A stretch of 64,000 nucleotides of DNA, from positions 384,001-448,000 of the forward strand of contig CBDDEL010000017.1 of NCBI GenBank assembly GCA_965226885.1, in the 5' to 3' direction. A model generated the notes under the pieces. That model saw nothing but the letters and a program-made list of their open reading frames with translations, searched no databases and had not been told where the DNA came from. A program made the position numbers and the translations under genes. Source of the DNA: Opitutales bacterium (GTDB lineage: Bacteria > Verrucomicrobiota > Verrucomicrobiia > Opitutales > UBA2987). How positions within the stretch are numbered: position 1 is the first letter of the stretch; each line of letters starts with the position of its first letter. Of this stretch, positions 1-9,727 are shown one piece after another.

Positions 1-481
1 GGTGAAATGGAGAACCGAATCAAGGAACAGATGCAATTGTTCAGCGAGCGCACCAGCGCCCATCAATGGTGGGCCAATCAGTGCCGATTGCTCTTGTCGG
101 CGCTGGCCTACACCTTGATGGAAGCCATGCGCCGGTTAGCCTTAAAAGGGACGAAGTGGGCGCGGGCCCAATGCCACACCCTGCGGCTCAAATTAATCAA
201 GATCGGAGCGGTCATCGTGCGCAACACCCGAACGATTCACTTTCACCTAAGTGAGAGTTATCCTTGGGCCAGTCTTTTCAACCATGCGGCCCGCCGATTG
301 GTGCCAACCTAAAGGGTGCATTGGTGCTGCCCCCGGCACTACCGAACCAATGGGGGAAAGGGGGCAGTGTCTCTACACCCTGAAAAACACCTAAAAATCA
401 AGACGATCTGCTCAAAATACAAAGAAATCCATCTCCAATAGCAATAACGAGCCAAACTTTACCCTTCATGAAATATCCGGG
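1..481 (+). mobile_element. IS1380-family element, right part (truncated by window start); transposase C-terminus ends at 312
   Basis: ORF MENRIKEQ...AARRLVPT is nearly identical to the copy at 13413-14978. Terminal IR ...ATGAAATATCCGGG ends at 481 and is followed by CTAG. Confidence 0.93.
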
Positions 482-619
482 CTAGAAAAAGCTGCCCTAG
501 AAGCCGCCTGTTATTACGCCAATGCCGTGGCCGCGCTTACGGTGCAAAAAACGGGGGCGATTCCGGCACTCCCATCTTCACGTGAAGTTGATGCTTTCAT
601 AGAAAAACAATCTACCTGA
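482..619 (+). pseudogene. C-terminal fragment of a PfkB/ribokinase-family sugar kinase, interrupted by IS1380
   Basis: Manual translation from the CTAG target gives LEKAALEAACYYANAVAALTVQKTGAIPALPSSREVDAFIEKQST*. This matches the ribokinase C-terminal ANAxAAL..GA.P..P.REV pattern. Not in the ORF track. Confidence 0.75.
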
Positions 620-828
620 AACATGAAATAGTCCATCAATCCGACGATCGCCTGGCGGGAAATTGCCAACGGTATACCGAAAGTCGAGTAACCCTTACTT
701 AATATAAGGGCAGAAGACATTCATGATGTCACCACAATCAATTATAACGAGTTGATTTGTTCGTTGAAATGACTGAGCGAATTGATTCGAAAGCAATACT
801 TAGATCCTATCTCAATTTCGCGCTAATA

Positions 829-2184
829 CTATTGTGTAATTTCTTCAGGGCGAACCAGTCGCCATGGGTACACTTGATTTTTTTCGGTTTCTTTGATTTC
901 TGGCCGCGGTTCGGCAGCTCGTTCCATCGCGGCCAGAAGTTTTTTCTTTAAATGAGCCGCTACGGCTGCATGGGATTTGCATTCGATCAGGTTCTGCAAC
1001 TCGTAAGGGTCGGAGTAAAGATCGTAGAGATTAGCTTCCTCATAAAAATCGGAACCCGCGTGTTCATTACCATCCAGGTTTGGAGCCGACACACAATATT
1101 TCCAACGTTGCGTTCGAATGGCTCGACCGACTTGTGATTCGCTGATCTGGATAAAGACTTCCTGGTTCCATGATGCATTTTCACCGCGCAGGCGCGGCAT
1201 CAGCGAACGCCCCGCAAACGAGTCGGGTATCTTGATGCCGGATGCCTCAAGGAGGGTTGGAGGCAAGTCAACCAGGCTCACAATTTCAGTCCGCCTGCCG
1301 CCCATATCGAAGCCCGGCCCCCAAAAAGCCGCTGGCACGCGCACGGACGCTTCATGGCAGGAACGTTTGAACTCCCGGTTTCTTGTTTTGAAGTGGCAGC
1401 CATGATCGGATGTGTATAAAATAATGGTTTCCCGGTCTATTTGAAGGCTCTTCAATGCGTCCTGAAGCCGGCCGAGCGCTTCATCAAGCCTCTTCACCAT
1501 CCCGAAATAACCGCCCAGGTGTTGGCCGCTGGAGCCGCCCAAATGCTGGAGATCGGGCGGAATCCACTGACCCGTATATCGTTCGCGATAACCGTCAGGT
1601 GGAGGAAAATCGTCCAGGTGGTTCTGCTGGTGCGGTTCCAGAAAGGAAAGGAAAAGAAAGAAAGGATCCTCCTTTTGATTGGCCTTATCGACAAACTGAA
1701 TGGCAGCATCGGTCATGGCGTCCACTCGATACCCGGGAAGTTTTACTCTTTCATTGTCCTCGTCGAAAAGGATGCAATCATATGAGTCCGAACACAATTC
1801 GAAGAGATTGGCCGCCAACCAGTATTCATAGCCGCCCCGTTCGTTTTTAGGGACGGCGCCCGGCTCGGAACCCAGGTGCCACTTGCCAATATACCCCGTT
1901 TGGTAACCGGCATTTCGATAATGATGGGCCAGTGTTTTAAGATCCGGGTGCAAGGGAATATTGTTCCTCCAGCTTCCCGTTTGCGTGGCATAGAGCCCGG
2001 TTTGCAGACAGGACCTGGCCGGACCGCAAAGCGGCTGGCAAGTGATGCATGTGTCGATGTGCGTGCCCGAACCGGCCAACCTGTCGAAATTGGGAGTGAG
2101 GTTCAGAGGATTGCCATGCAGACCAGAGGTATCCCAGCGCTGCTGATCGGTAAAAAATACGATGACATTCGGTTTCCGGCTCAT
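829..2184 (-). CDS. Cys-type (formylglycine-dependent) sulfatase
   Basis: PNVIVFFTDQQR, CGPARSCLQTG (CxPxR), GKWHLG and YTSDHG motifs. Confidence 0.93.
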   Translation of the reverse strand: MSRKPNVIVFFTDQQRWDTSGLHGNPLNLTPNFDRLAGSGTHIDTCITCQPLCGPARSCLQTGLYATQTGSWRNNIPLHPDLKTLAHHYRNAGYQTGYIGKWHLGSEPGAVPKNERGGYEYWLAANLFELCSDSYDCILFDEDNERVKLPGYRVDAMTDAAIQFVDKANQKEDPFFLFLSFLEPHQQNHLDDFPPPDGYRERYTGQWIPPDLQHLGGSSGQHLGGYFGMVKRLDEALGRLQDALKSLQIDRETIILYTSDHGCHFKTRNREFKRSCHEASVRVPAAFWGPGFDMGGRRTEIVSLVDLPPTLLEASGIKIPDSFAGRSLMPRLRGENASWNQEVFIQISESQVGRAIRTQRWKYCVSAPNLDGNEHAGSDFYEEANLYDLYSDPYELQNLIECKSHAAVAAHLKKKLLAAMERAAEPRPEIKETEKNQVYPWRLVRPEEITQ

Positions 2185-2407
2185 TTTTCAGGATTACGCA
2201 TTACGCTGTAGATAATTATTTAAAAATAGCCACAGAAAGTAAGAATACGTTATTTCCCTTTTTAACCACGGATTATAAAACATTGGGGTTCACTTACAAT
2301 TAACATCAGATGGATAAAATATAAAGGCTGCGACACATTGCAAATGTGGAAGAGTTTGGAGTTACAATATTTGTATATATATTGACAAATGGGCAATGCT
2401 AAATAGG

Positions 2408-2423
2408 GTAAACGTTCAGTTAC
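2408..2423. promoter_or_regulatory. Palindromic operator GTAAAcgttcaGTTAC (1 mismatch)
   Basis: In a divergent intergenic region; TTGACA at 2382-2387. Confidence 0.7.
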
Positions 2424-2543
2424 TTTTAGCGAGAGAAAAATGAAATTTTTGCCTTTTTACAAGAACTTCAAATGGATATGCAATTAAATTCTAACGCATA
2501 TGGATCGGCAAATTGTAGAAATTGAAACAGGTTCATCAAAATC

Positions 2544-3386
2544 ATGCGTATAGCAATTACAGGAGGGAGCGGCAAAATCGGCGTTTATACCGTCAGAGAA
2601 TTCCAGGAGCATGGCTACGAGGTGCGCAATCTGGATGCGGTGCGGCCCTCCCATGAAAACCTACCGACCACCATCGTAGATGTTGCCCATTTCGGGGATT
2701 TGGTTAGCTGCCTGAACGGTTTCGATGCCATCGTCCACCTGGGAGCAATTGTTGCGCCGGGCCGGACTTCCAACAATACGCTTTTCCGCACCAACACACA
2801 GGGTACATTCAATGTGCTGGAAGCCGCCTCCGTGCTTGGAATCAAAAAGGTGTGCCTGGCCTCCAGCATCAATGCCCTGGGCATGGGTTTCAATCTGGAA
2901 CAGCGATTCCGATACTTTCCGGTCGATGAACGGCACCCTTGCCAACCGGATGAGGCTTATGGCCTGAGCAAGCAAGTTGGTGAAGTCGCAGCCGACGCGT
3001 TTAGCTTACGGTTTTCCTGGATGACACTCTGCAGCATGAGATACCCGGCGGTTTTTACTCCCGAACTCTATCAAATTCTCGACCGATCAGCGCCGCACCG
3101 CCGCAAGATTCTCTGGGCCTACGCTGACGTTAGAGAAGTGGCCCGCGCCAACCGTTTGGCAATTGAGGCCGATTGGACCGGGCACGAGACGTTCTATATA
3201 ACTGCTGACCACACCTTATCGCAAACCCCTACACGGAAACTCCTGGCAGAGCATTACCCGAATGTGGAAACAAGAGGTGAAATGGCCGGGCACACCAGCC
3301 TCATCTCATCGGCCAAAGCGGAAAAACTCCTCGGCTGGAAACACCAGCGGCAGTTAGAGACTGAATTGAAACGAGTAGGGAAATAG
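2544..3386 (+). CDS. NAD-dependent epimerase/dehydratase (extended SDR, uronate dehydrogenase-like)
   Basis: TGGSGKIG Rossmann motif; YGLSK catalytic motif. Confidence 0.88.
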   Translation: MRIAITGGSGKIGVYTVREFQEHGYEVRNLDAVRPSHENLPTTIVDVAHFGDLVSCLNGFDAIVHLGAIVAPGRTSNNTLFRTNTQGTFNVLEAASVLGIKKVCLASSINALGMGFNLEQRFRYFPVDERHPCQPDEAYGLSKQVGEVAADAFSLRFSWMTLCSMRYPAVFTPELYQILDRSAPHRRKILWAYADVREVARANRLAIEADWTGHETFYITADHTLSQTPTRKLLAEHYPNVETRGEMAGHTSLISSAKAEKLLGWKHQRQLETELKRVGK

Positions 3387-3398
3387 GGGTCGAATACC

Positions 3399-4256
3399 CT
3401 ACCCTTTGACCGCTCCAATCTGAATTCCGCGAATCAAGTACCTCTGCAGAACCACAAAGACGAGGATCATCGGGATAACGGACATTGTAATTGCGGCCAT
3501 TAAAAGATGGGTCGATTGCCCGATTTCGGAATCGAAAAAGAGCAAACCGATGGGGAGCGTGTAATTGTCCACATTACGGAGCATGACCAGGGGCCAGAAA
3601 AAGCTGTGGTAGTTGCCCACGAAAGTGAAAATGGTGAGGGCAATCAACCCCGGACGACTGAGCGGTAGAATAATATCCACATATATGCGCCATTTGCTGG
3701 CCCCGTCGATCTCCGCCGCCTCGTCCAGTGAAGTTGGGATGGTGAGCATGAACTGACGCAATAAAAATGTCCCGAAGGCACTGAAGGCGGCCGGTAAAAC
3801 CAGGCCCAGAAAACTGTCCACGAGGTGCAGGTAAACCATAATCTGGTAATTCGAGATGATCATGACCAAACCGGGCAGCATGAGGGTGGAAAGGTAAAGC
3901 AGAAACACCCTGTCGCGGCCCGGCCATTTCAAACGGGCAAATGAATAAGCCGCCAGAGAACTGGTAAATACCTGCAAAAAAGTAACCCAGGAAGCGATAA
4001 AAATACTGTTCCAGTAAAATCTTCCGAATGGAATGACGCGAAATACTTCAGCATAATTTTTCCATTGAAAAACGCTCGGTATCCACTCCGAGCTTCCCAA
4101 ATCGATCAACGGTTTGAGGCTGGTCAGAACCATCCACACAAACGGTAAAATCATGAGTAAGCTGACGCCGGCCAAAAAGAAATGGAGGAAGCCGCCGGAC
4201 AGAAAATCGCTGTTGATTAGCGGGTCCTTCAGGGGTTGTTTCTGCGGGTTAATCAT
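3399..4256 (-). CDS. Carbohydrate ABC transporter permease (MalG-type)
   Basis: EAA loop SLDEAAEIDGASKW; hydrophobic helices; likely start MINPQK at 4256. Confidence 0.92.
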   Translation of the reverse strand: MINPQKQPLKDPLINSDFLSGGFLHFFLAGVSLLMILPFVWMVLTSLKPLIDLGSSEWIPSVFQWKNYAEVFRVIPFGRFYWNSIFIASWVTFLQVFTSSLAAYSFARLKWPGRDRVFLLYLSTLMLPGLVMIISNYQIMVYLHLVDSFLGLVLPAAFSAFGTFLLRQFMLTIPTSLDEAAEIDGASKWRIYVDIILPLSRPGLIALTIFTFVGNYHSFFWPLVMLRNVDNYTLPIGLLFFDSEIGQSTHLLMAAITMSVIPMILVFVVLQRYLIRGIQIGAVKG

Positions 4257-5733
4257 TGACGTAGCGATTCCCGAATTTGAAATTGAAAACGGTGATCGTG
4301 AAAACGAGCAGGAAGAGTGTCCACACAACGGCCGAAGCGTAGCCGAGGCGACCCGTTTCGAATCCCTCGATATAGACGAAATAACTCAAAGTAGTGGTGG
4401 AACCGGCCGGTCCGCCTTCGGTCATGGTGCGTGCCATTTCGAATCCGCCCTGGAGACCGGCGATCACACTCATTACGACGATGAAAAAAGTAACAGGAGC
4501 CAGTTGTGGCCAGGTAATATGCCAAAATTTCTGCAATGGGGTAGCCCCGTCGATATCTGCCGCTTCGTAGAGCTCGATCGGGATATTACTGATTCCGGCA
4601 ATATAAAGGACCATATTATTGGAACCCACAGCCGCCCAAAAAGCCATAAATATCAAGGCCGGTTTGGCCCAATAGTAATCGGAGAGCCAATCGGGCGCAT
4701 CCAGGCCGTCCGCCGCCATGGAATGCAAGTTCAAAAATACCAACGTGAGACCAATCAGGCAAAATTGCAAGGTCATCAAGCCGATTGAAAACATCAGGCT
4801 TTCCCCAAATCCCCGGTCGCTATTCATAGGAATAAGCCGCTTCCTGACAAACATGGGATATGCGCAAACGACAAGCAGAACAGCTACAAGGACGAGCAGC
4901 CATTTGCCCAGATTGAATGATTGAACCCAATAGCAGCTGCATACCGCTGGCAAGAGAGTAAAGGCCGCCGACCAAATCAATCCTTTTGTAGCCAGGTCGC
5001 CATCAAGCCATTCCCGCGCCAATCGGCGAAAATGGCGGAATACAATGAAACAAAGGCCTCCCAGGCAGATCAAACCGGCGAGAGTACCGGTAAAGGGTGG
5101 TAGCGAATTGACCACATTGGCGAGGGCGTTAAGCATCGGATGCAATGCGCTGTTGAGGGGGCCGGTTTCCGCATTGTATATTTTCTTCCACAAAAGAAAA
5201 GTGGCCACCCCGGCCGTGAAATGGGGTGTATAAAACAAGGTCCGGTAAAAAGTGGAACCGGCCAGCGTCCCGCCTATCAGCACGAGCCCGGCCAAACCTC
5301 CCAGCAGAAGCCATAACCCCGAGAGCCGAAATCCGAGCAGGAAGAGAATCAGGACTCCAGTCACTAGGACGGAACCGATGAGCAGCCGGCGGCGGGTGCT
5401 CGCCCTCTTTCCCCGCAGATTCTTGGTCAGCAGAAGTGCGGCCAGCAGGCTCCCCCCAATGGTAAAGGGTATTCCTATCATCAGGAACATCGTGTTTCCC
5501 AAAAAACGCCAGAATTCTTTGTGGGAAAAAAGGAGGGTGAAATTGGCCAGGCCCACCAGTTCCGGAATGCCGTCCTTAAACATATTGTGATGGCGGATAT
5601 CCCAATTGCTGAAGGCGATCAAAAGGCTGGCTATAAGCGGCAATATGGTAAATGCGGCAAAGCCGGAAATATTGGGTAGAAGAAAAAACAAACCCGTCTT
5701 CAGGTTTCGCAAATCTTTACGATCCAGTGCCAT
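4249..5733 (-). CDS. Carbohydrate ABC transporter permease (MalF-type) with extra membrane segments
   Basis: ELYEAADIDGA EAA motif; GRLGYASA; 494 aa. Confidence 0.9.
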   Translation of the reverse strand: MALDRKDLRNLKTGLFFLLPNISGFAAFTILPLIASLLIAFSNWDIRHHNMFKDGIPELVGLANFTLLFSHKEFWRFLGNTMFLMIGIPFTIGGSLLAALLLTKNLRGKRASTRRRLLIGSVLVTGVLILFLLGFRLSGLWLLLGGLAGLVLIGGTLAGSTFYRTLFYTPHFTAGVATFLLWKKIYNAETGPLNSALHPMLNALANVVNSLPPFTGTLAGLICLGGLCFIVFRHFRRLAREWLDGDLATKGLIWSAAFTLLPAVCSCYWVQSFNLGKWLLVLVAVLLVVCAYPMFVRKRLIPMNSDRGFGESLMFSIGLMTLQFCLIGLTLVFLNLHSMAADGLDAPDWLSDYYWAKPALIFMAFWAAVGSNNMVLYIAGISNIPIELYEAADIDGATPLQKFWHITWPQLAPVTFFIVVMSVIAGLQGGFEMARTMTEGGPAGSTTTLSYFVYIEGFETGRLGYASAVVWTLFLLVFTITVFNFKFGNRYVND

Positions 5734-5735
5734 TG

Positions 5736-7226
5736 TTATTTCGTTTGGGTAAGTTTATCTTGGGATGGTGATTCTTCCGACCATCCCCGGAACACGTAAT
5801 ATTTTTTGTAGAAAGAATTCCCGATCCATTCCAGGGGGACCGGCTTCCCTTCCCTGCGCAAGCGGTCAATCTCCCCCTGTAGTTGCTGCAGGCGGTCGAA
5901 TTCTTTCTTCAGTTTCGGATCCTCGCTGATATTCCGGGCCATCTGCCGGTTGATGCGATCGGTCACATCCTGAGCCGCTTCCTGAGGGTTCATCGAACCT
6001 GAGATGAGGCTCTGCCATGCGTCTTTGGCAAAGCGATTGACTGCGTAGGGAAGAATAAAAGGACTCACTATGGCACTAATGGCAATAGAGCGGGCAGCCT
6101 CCGCATAAGGCTCATGAATCTCCCATTCGTTGGGATAATCGGGGGGCCGCCGATAGGCCTCGATTTCCGTGTAACGTGGAACCGGCGGAAGGGAATCGGC
6201 ATCGTAAACAATTTGCATATTGTAACGCTCGCTGGTAAAAAACTTCAGCAGGTAGGCGGCCAGTTCTTTCTTATCGGAACCGGCGTAAATGGCCGTACCG
6301 GCCGAACCGAAAAGGGTGTTGCGGAAGTGGCTGTTGGGCGGTTCCCGCAGCGTCAAACGCAAATGTTTGTATTCCCGCAACTGGATGAGGGCGTAACGGC
6401 CGTTGGTGGTGAGGGCGTAGCGCCCCCGGGCAAAAAGTTGGATTCTGGAGGTTACGGTATCGGAACCGGCAAAAAAATCGAGGTCCGCCTGGCTCGGTAG
6501 AATGCGATCCTCGAACATCCATTTGTAAATCAAGCGGTAGGTTTCGACACTTCGTGGATCGTCCAGAATGCATCGGGTGAGGGTTTCGTTAAACAACGCC
6601 AGCCCCATGCTCCGGCGCATCACCTGGCGGTTGACCATATCGGCGAAAAAAATGGTTTGCCTTTCCCCCGGCGGATTGGCCCGGCGCACGAATTCCTTTC
6701 CCATTTTTTCAAACGTGGCATGATCCCATATTTTCAGGGGCGGCGCCATGCCGTGCTCCTCCAGAAGACCCACGTTGACAAAGTACATCTGGACAGACGT
6801 CCCCCTGGGGAAACTATACTGCGCCCCGTTTATAATGACCGAGGGGTATTTCGCTTTCCAGGTCTTATCGGGCCCGAACCCGTGTTGGGCAGCCAGCTCG
6901 GTGAGGTCTTCGAGCATCCCGGTAGACTCAAGCAGCCAGGGCTCGTCCCGGACCATGTCGATAATGTCTGCGCCCACGCCCGAGACGCCCTGGATCAGTT
7001 TTTTAGAAATATCCCGGTTGGAGCTGTCGATGCGCAATTCCATTGGCGGATAACCGTTTTCCTCGATCCATTGGTGGAACTGCTTCACTTGCTGCTGACG
7101 GGCCTCATTGGTGCTGGTCACCCAGTAGAGGATCGGCTTGCCGCTTCGCACCTCCGGCCGGGATAGGTGATTGAGGGCGGTGGCGCCAAGCAGTATGAGA
7201 AGAATGATGGCGAAAAGGTATTTCAT
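5736..7226 (-). CDS. Sugar ABC transporter substrate-binding protein
   Basis: N-terminal signal/anchor; SBP family 1-like segments (DIIDM..LEDLT, YSFP...MYFVN); lies upstream of the permeases. Confidence 0.85.
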   Translation of the reverse strand: MKYLFAIILLILLGATALNHLSRPEVRSGKPILYWVTSTNEARQQQVKQFHQWIEENGYPPMELRIDSSNRDISKKLIQGVSGVGADIIDMVRDEPWLLESTGMLEDLTELAAQHGFGPDKTWKAKYPSVIINGAQYSFPRGTSVQMYFVNVGLLEEHGMAPPLKIWDHATFEKMGKEFVRRANPPGERQTIFFADMVNRQVMRRSMGLALFNETLTRCILDDPRSVETYRLIYKWMFEDRILPSQADLDFFAGSDTVTSRIQLFARGRYALTTNGRYALIQLREYKHLRLTLREPPNSHFRNTLFGSAGTAIYAGSDKKELAAYLLKFFTSERYNMQIVYDADSLPPVPRYTEIEAYRRPPDYPNEWEIHEPYAEAARSIAISAIVSPFILPYAVNRFAKDAWQSLISGSMNPQEAAQDVTDRINRQMARNISEDPKLKKEFDRLQQLQGEIDRLRREGKPVPLEWIGNSFYKKYYVFRGWSEESPSQDKLTQTK

Positions 7227-7295
7227 CCAAAACCGTTATTATTAAATTGGCCTCTTCTTCAAAGAATACGGAATAAAAAGCCTTTTTCAATCATC

Positions 7296-8159
7296 TTAAA
7301 TTGAAGGATAAATTCTGGATCGAAATTCGGGCCGGCCTTTGACTTCACAGGGCAAATGAAATATGTCGCCGTCCAGCCCTTCGTCCGATGGATCACCCGC
7401 CGTGGTGATGAAAAGGCGGTTAAACTCATCACCCCCAAAGACGATTGAGGATACTTTTTCAACCGGCAGATGGATTTTTTCAATAACCACGCCGTCCGGA
7501 GTGTGTTTGCAAACTGCATAACCGCCCCACCTGGCTGACCAGAGATTGCCATCGGCGTCAACGGTCAACCCATCGGGGGTCCCCTCCCCTTCTTCGGCCG
7601 TAATAATCGTTTTGCGGTTGGAGATTTCCCCGCTGGCCCGATCGTAGGAAAAGCGGAAAACTTTTTTTCGCGTTGAACAAGTCCAATAAAAGGTTCCCAA
7701 GTCGGGCGAAAACCCCATCCCGTTAGCCACCCGGGTTTCGCATAAAATCTTCGTCATGCGCCCATCGGTATCCAGTCGGTAAAGCCCGCCCGAGGATTCG
7801 TCACAGCCGATGGTTCCGGCAAATACCCTTCCTTCGGGATCGGCGATGACGTCGTTGAACCGCCTCATTCCCTCGTCTTCAACAGTGATAATGGAATCAA
7901 CATCGCCGTTCTCTTGCAGCACGGCTATGTCGTCCTCCCGAAAAAGCAAAAGGATTCCGTCTTCCTGTATTGTAAAACCCCCGACTGCCGGACCGCCCTG
8001 GTAAATTACACGAGTCTCTTTGGTAGCTGTTTCATACCGGTAAATAACCTTTCCCAGTATATCCACCCAGAAGAGACTTTTTCTCCGCTCGTCCCATAAT
8101 GGGTTTTCACCCAATCGGCATTGTTGGTGAACTAGGACTTGCGGCTCCGGGTGTGACAT
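7296..8159 (-). CDS. SMP-30/gluconolactonase family lactonase
   Basis: LGENPLWD, RFNDVIADPEGR, NGMGFSPD and PDGLTVDADGNLW motifs. Confidence 0.93.
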   Translation of the reverse strand: MSHPEPQVLVHQQCRLGENPLWDERRKSLFWVDILGKVIYRYETATKETRVIYQGGPAVGGFTIQEDGILLLFREDDIAVLQENGDVDSIITVEDEGMRRFNDVIADPEGRVFAGTIGCDESSGGLYRLDTDGRMTKILCETRVANGMGFSPDLGTFYWTCSTRKKVFRFSYDRASGEISNRKTIITAEEGEGTPDGLTVDADGNLWSARWGGYAVCKHTPDGVVIEKIHLPVEKVSSIVFGGDEFNRLFITTAGDPSDEGLDGDIFHLPCEVKGRPEFRSRIYPSI

Positions 8160-8197
8160 GAGGAAATTATGGCGATAAATATTGACAACGACATTGA

Positions 8198-8213
8198 GTA
8201 ACTATTTGGTTAC
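8198..8213. promoter_or_regulatory. Palindromic operator GTAACtatttgGTTAC
   Basis: In a divergent intergenic region; TTGACA at 8182-8187. Confidence 0.85.
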
Positions 8214-8280
8214 TTTTGTCGTATAAGATGATAAAAACGATTTCAAGGAAAATCTTCGATTGCGGACAAAAAGGCAAGGT

Positions 8281-9231
8281 ATGAGAAAACGGCGTTTAGG
8301 AAAAACCGATTGGCAAATCAGTGAAATTGGTTTCGGCGCCTGGCCGATTGGCGGCATCATGTATGGCGATGTGCCGACAGAGGACGCTGGCGCCGCCATC
8401 CGCGCCTATGTCGAAGCGGGCGGAAACTTCATTGATACCGCCCGTGTTTACCGCACGAGCGAAGAAATAATCGGCCGCACGATTTACCAATGCGCCCGCC
8501 GTGAAGACCTCATTATAGCCAGTAAAACCAAAGCATTGGACGCTGCGGGCATCGAAACGGACCTGGCCGAAACCCTTCGCCATCTGCAAACAGACTATGT
8601 CGATCTTTATTACATTCACGAGCCGCCCGAAGATGCCGATGCCGCCCACGAGGTTCTCGAGGTCTTTCAATCGCTCAAAAAAAGGGGGTTCATCAGGGCT
8701 GTCGGCGCATCCATCAAGGGACCCAATGTAACCAGCGCCACGGTGGACCTTTGCCGCCAATACATGGCCACCGGCTGCGTCGATGCTCTGCAGGTGATTT
8801 ACAGCATCTTTAGGCAAAAAATCCGGGAAATTATGAACGAAGCCCTCAAAAACGATGTTGGCATAGTGGCCCGGGGCATCCTCGAAAGCGGTTTCCTGAC
8901 CGGCAAATATAAACCCGGCCATCTTTTCGTGGAGGGAGACCACCGCAATCGCTGGGGCCGCCGCGGGCTCGATCATTGCCTTCAATGTGTGAATGAGCTG
9001 AAAGAGTTCGCCGCCTCCCGGCAGATCGAAAACCTCAATCATCTTTCCATCCAGTTCGCCCTGCGGCCAAAAGCTGTCTCCACTGTGATCCTGGGTGGAA
9101 AAACCGAACAACAGGTGATGGAAAATCTCGATACGCTCCAGTCGCCGCCTTTGGATGCGGACCTGCTAGAACAGCTGGCAGAGTTGTATGGCGGCAGGAC
9201 TTCCGAATTCAATATTCCCGAATCCGCTTGA
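8281..9231 (+). CDS. Aldo/keto reductase
   Basis: RRLGKT..SEIGFGAW, NFIDTARVY and LQTDYVDLYYIH motifs. Confidence 0.93.
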   Translation: MRKRRLGKTDWQISEIGFGAWPIGGIMYGDVPTEDAGAAIRAYVEAGGNFIDTARVYRTSEEIIGRTIYQCARREDLIIASKTKALDAAGIETDLAETLRHLQTDYVDLYYIHEPPEDADAAHEVLEVFQSLKKRGFIRAVGASIKGPNVTSATVDLCRQYMATGCVDALQVIYSIFRQKIREIMNEALKNDVGIVARGILESGFLTGKYKPGHLFVEGDHRNRWGRRGLDHCLQCVNELKEFAASRQIENLNHLSIQFALRPKAVSTVILGGKTEQQVMENLDTLQSPPLDADLLEQLAELYGGRTSEFNIPESA

Positions 9232-9241
9232 AGGGCGACCA

Positions 9242-9622
9242 TCAGAGCCGGGCAACTGCGTCGATCTCTACTTTGATGCCTTTCATAAGCTGCGCCCCTA
9301 TCGTCGTTCTGGCCGGCCGGACATCCCTGAAGAATTCCCCGTAGGCCTGGTTAAAGCCCTCAAAATATTCCATGTCGGAGAGATAACAGGTGCATTTCAC
9401 GACATTGTCCCGGGTAGCGCCCGCTTCTTTTAAAATGGCTTCGATGTGGTCGAGTGTTCGCCTGGTTTCCTCCTGGATGGTTCCCTCTACCAATTTTCCG
9501 GTTTTCATATCGAGGGGGCCTTGGCCGCTGACATACAGCCACCCATCGCAAACAATTCCGGCCGAAAATAAACCATAAGTGAATTTTTTATCCGGGTGTT
9601 GAATCTCTTTTTTTGACATCAT
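9242..9622 (-). CDS. RidA/YjgF family enamine/imine deaminase
   Basis: LYVSGQGP, RPARTT (catalytic Arg) and VEIDAVA motifs. Confidence 0.92.
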   Translation of the reverse strand: MMSKKEIQHPDKKFTYGLFSAGIVCDGWLYVSGQGPLDMKTGKLVEGTIQEETRRTLDHIEAILKEAGATRDNVVKCTCYLSDMEYFEGFNQAYGEFFRDVRPARTTIGAQLMKGIKVEIDAVARL

Positions 9623-9671
9623 CTTTAGCAAACGAAATTGGTTTTCTAAAACTCCTTACAGGTTGACACAA

Positions 9672-9687
9672 GTAACTATTCAGTTAC
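9672..9687. promoter_or_regulatory. Palindromic operator GTAACtattcaGTTAC
   Basis: In a divergent intergenic region; TTGACA at 9663-9668. Confidence 0.85.
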
Positions 9688-9727
9688 TCGTGGTGGCTGT
9701 TTGCAATAAAAAAAGAACCTTTATTTT

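Noticed and set aside
688..703. GTAAC half-site near 688
   Set aside because: No matching GTTAC at the 6-bp spacing, and it lies between convergent gene ends
514..720. 68-aa minus-strand ORF
   Set aside because: Antisense to the PfkB fragment, which explains the sequence better
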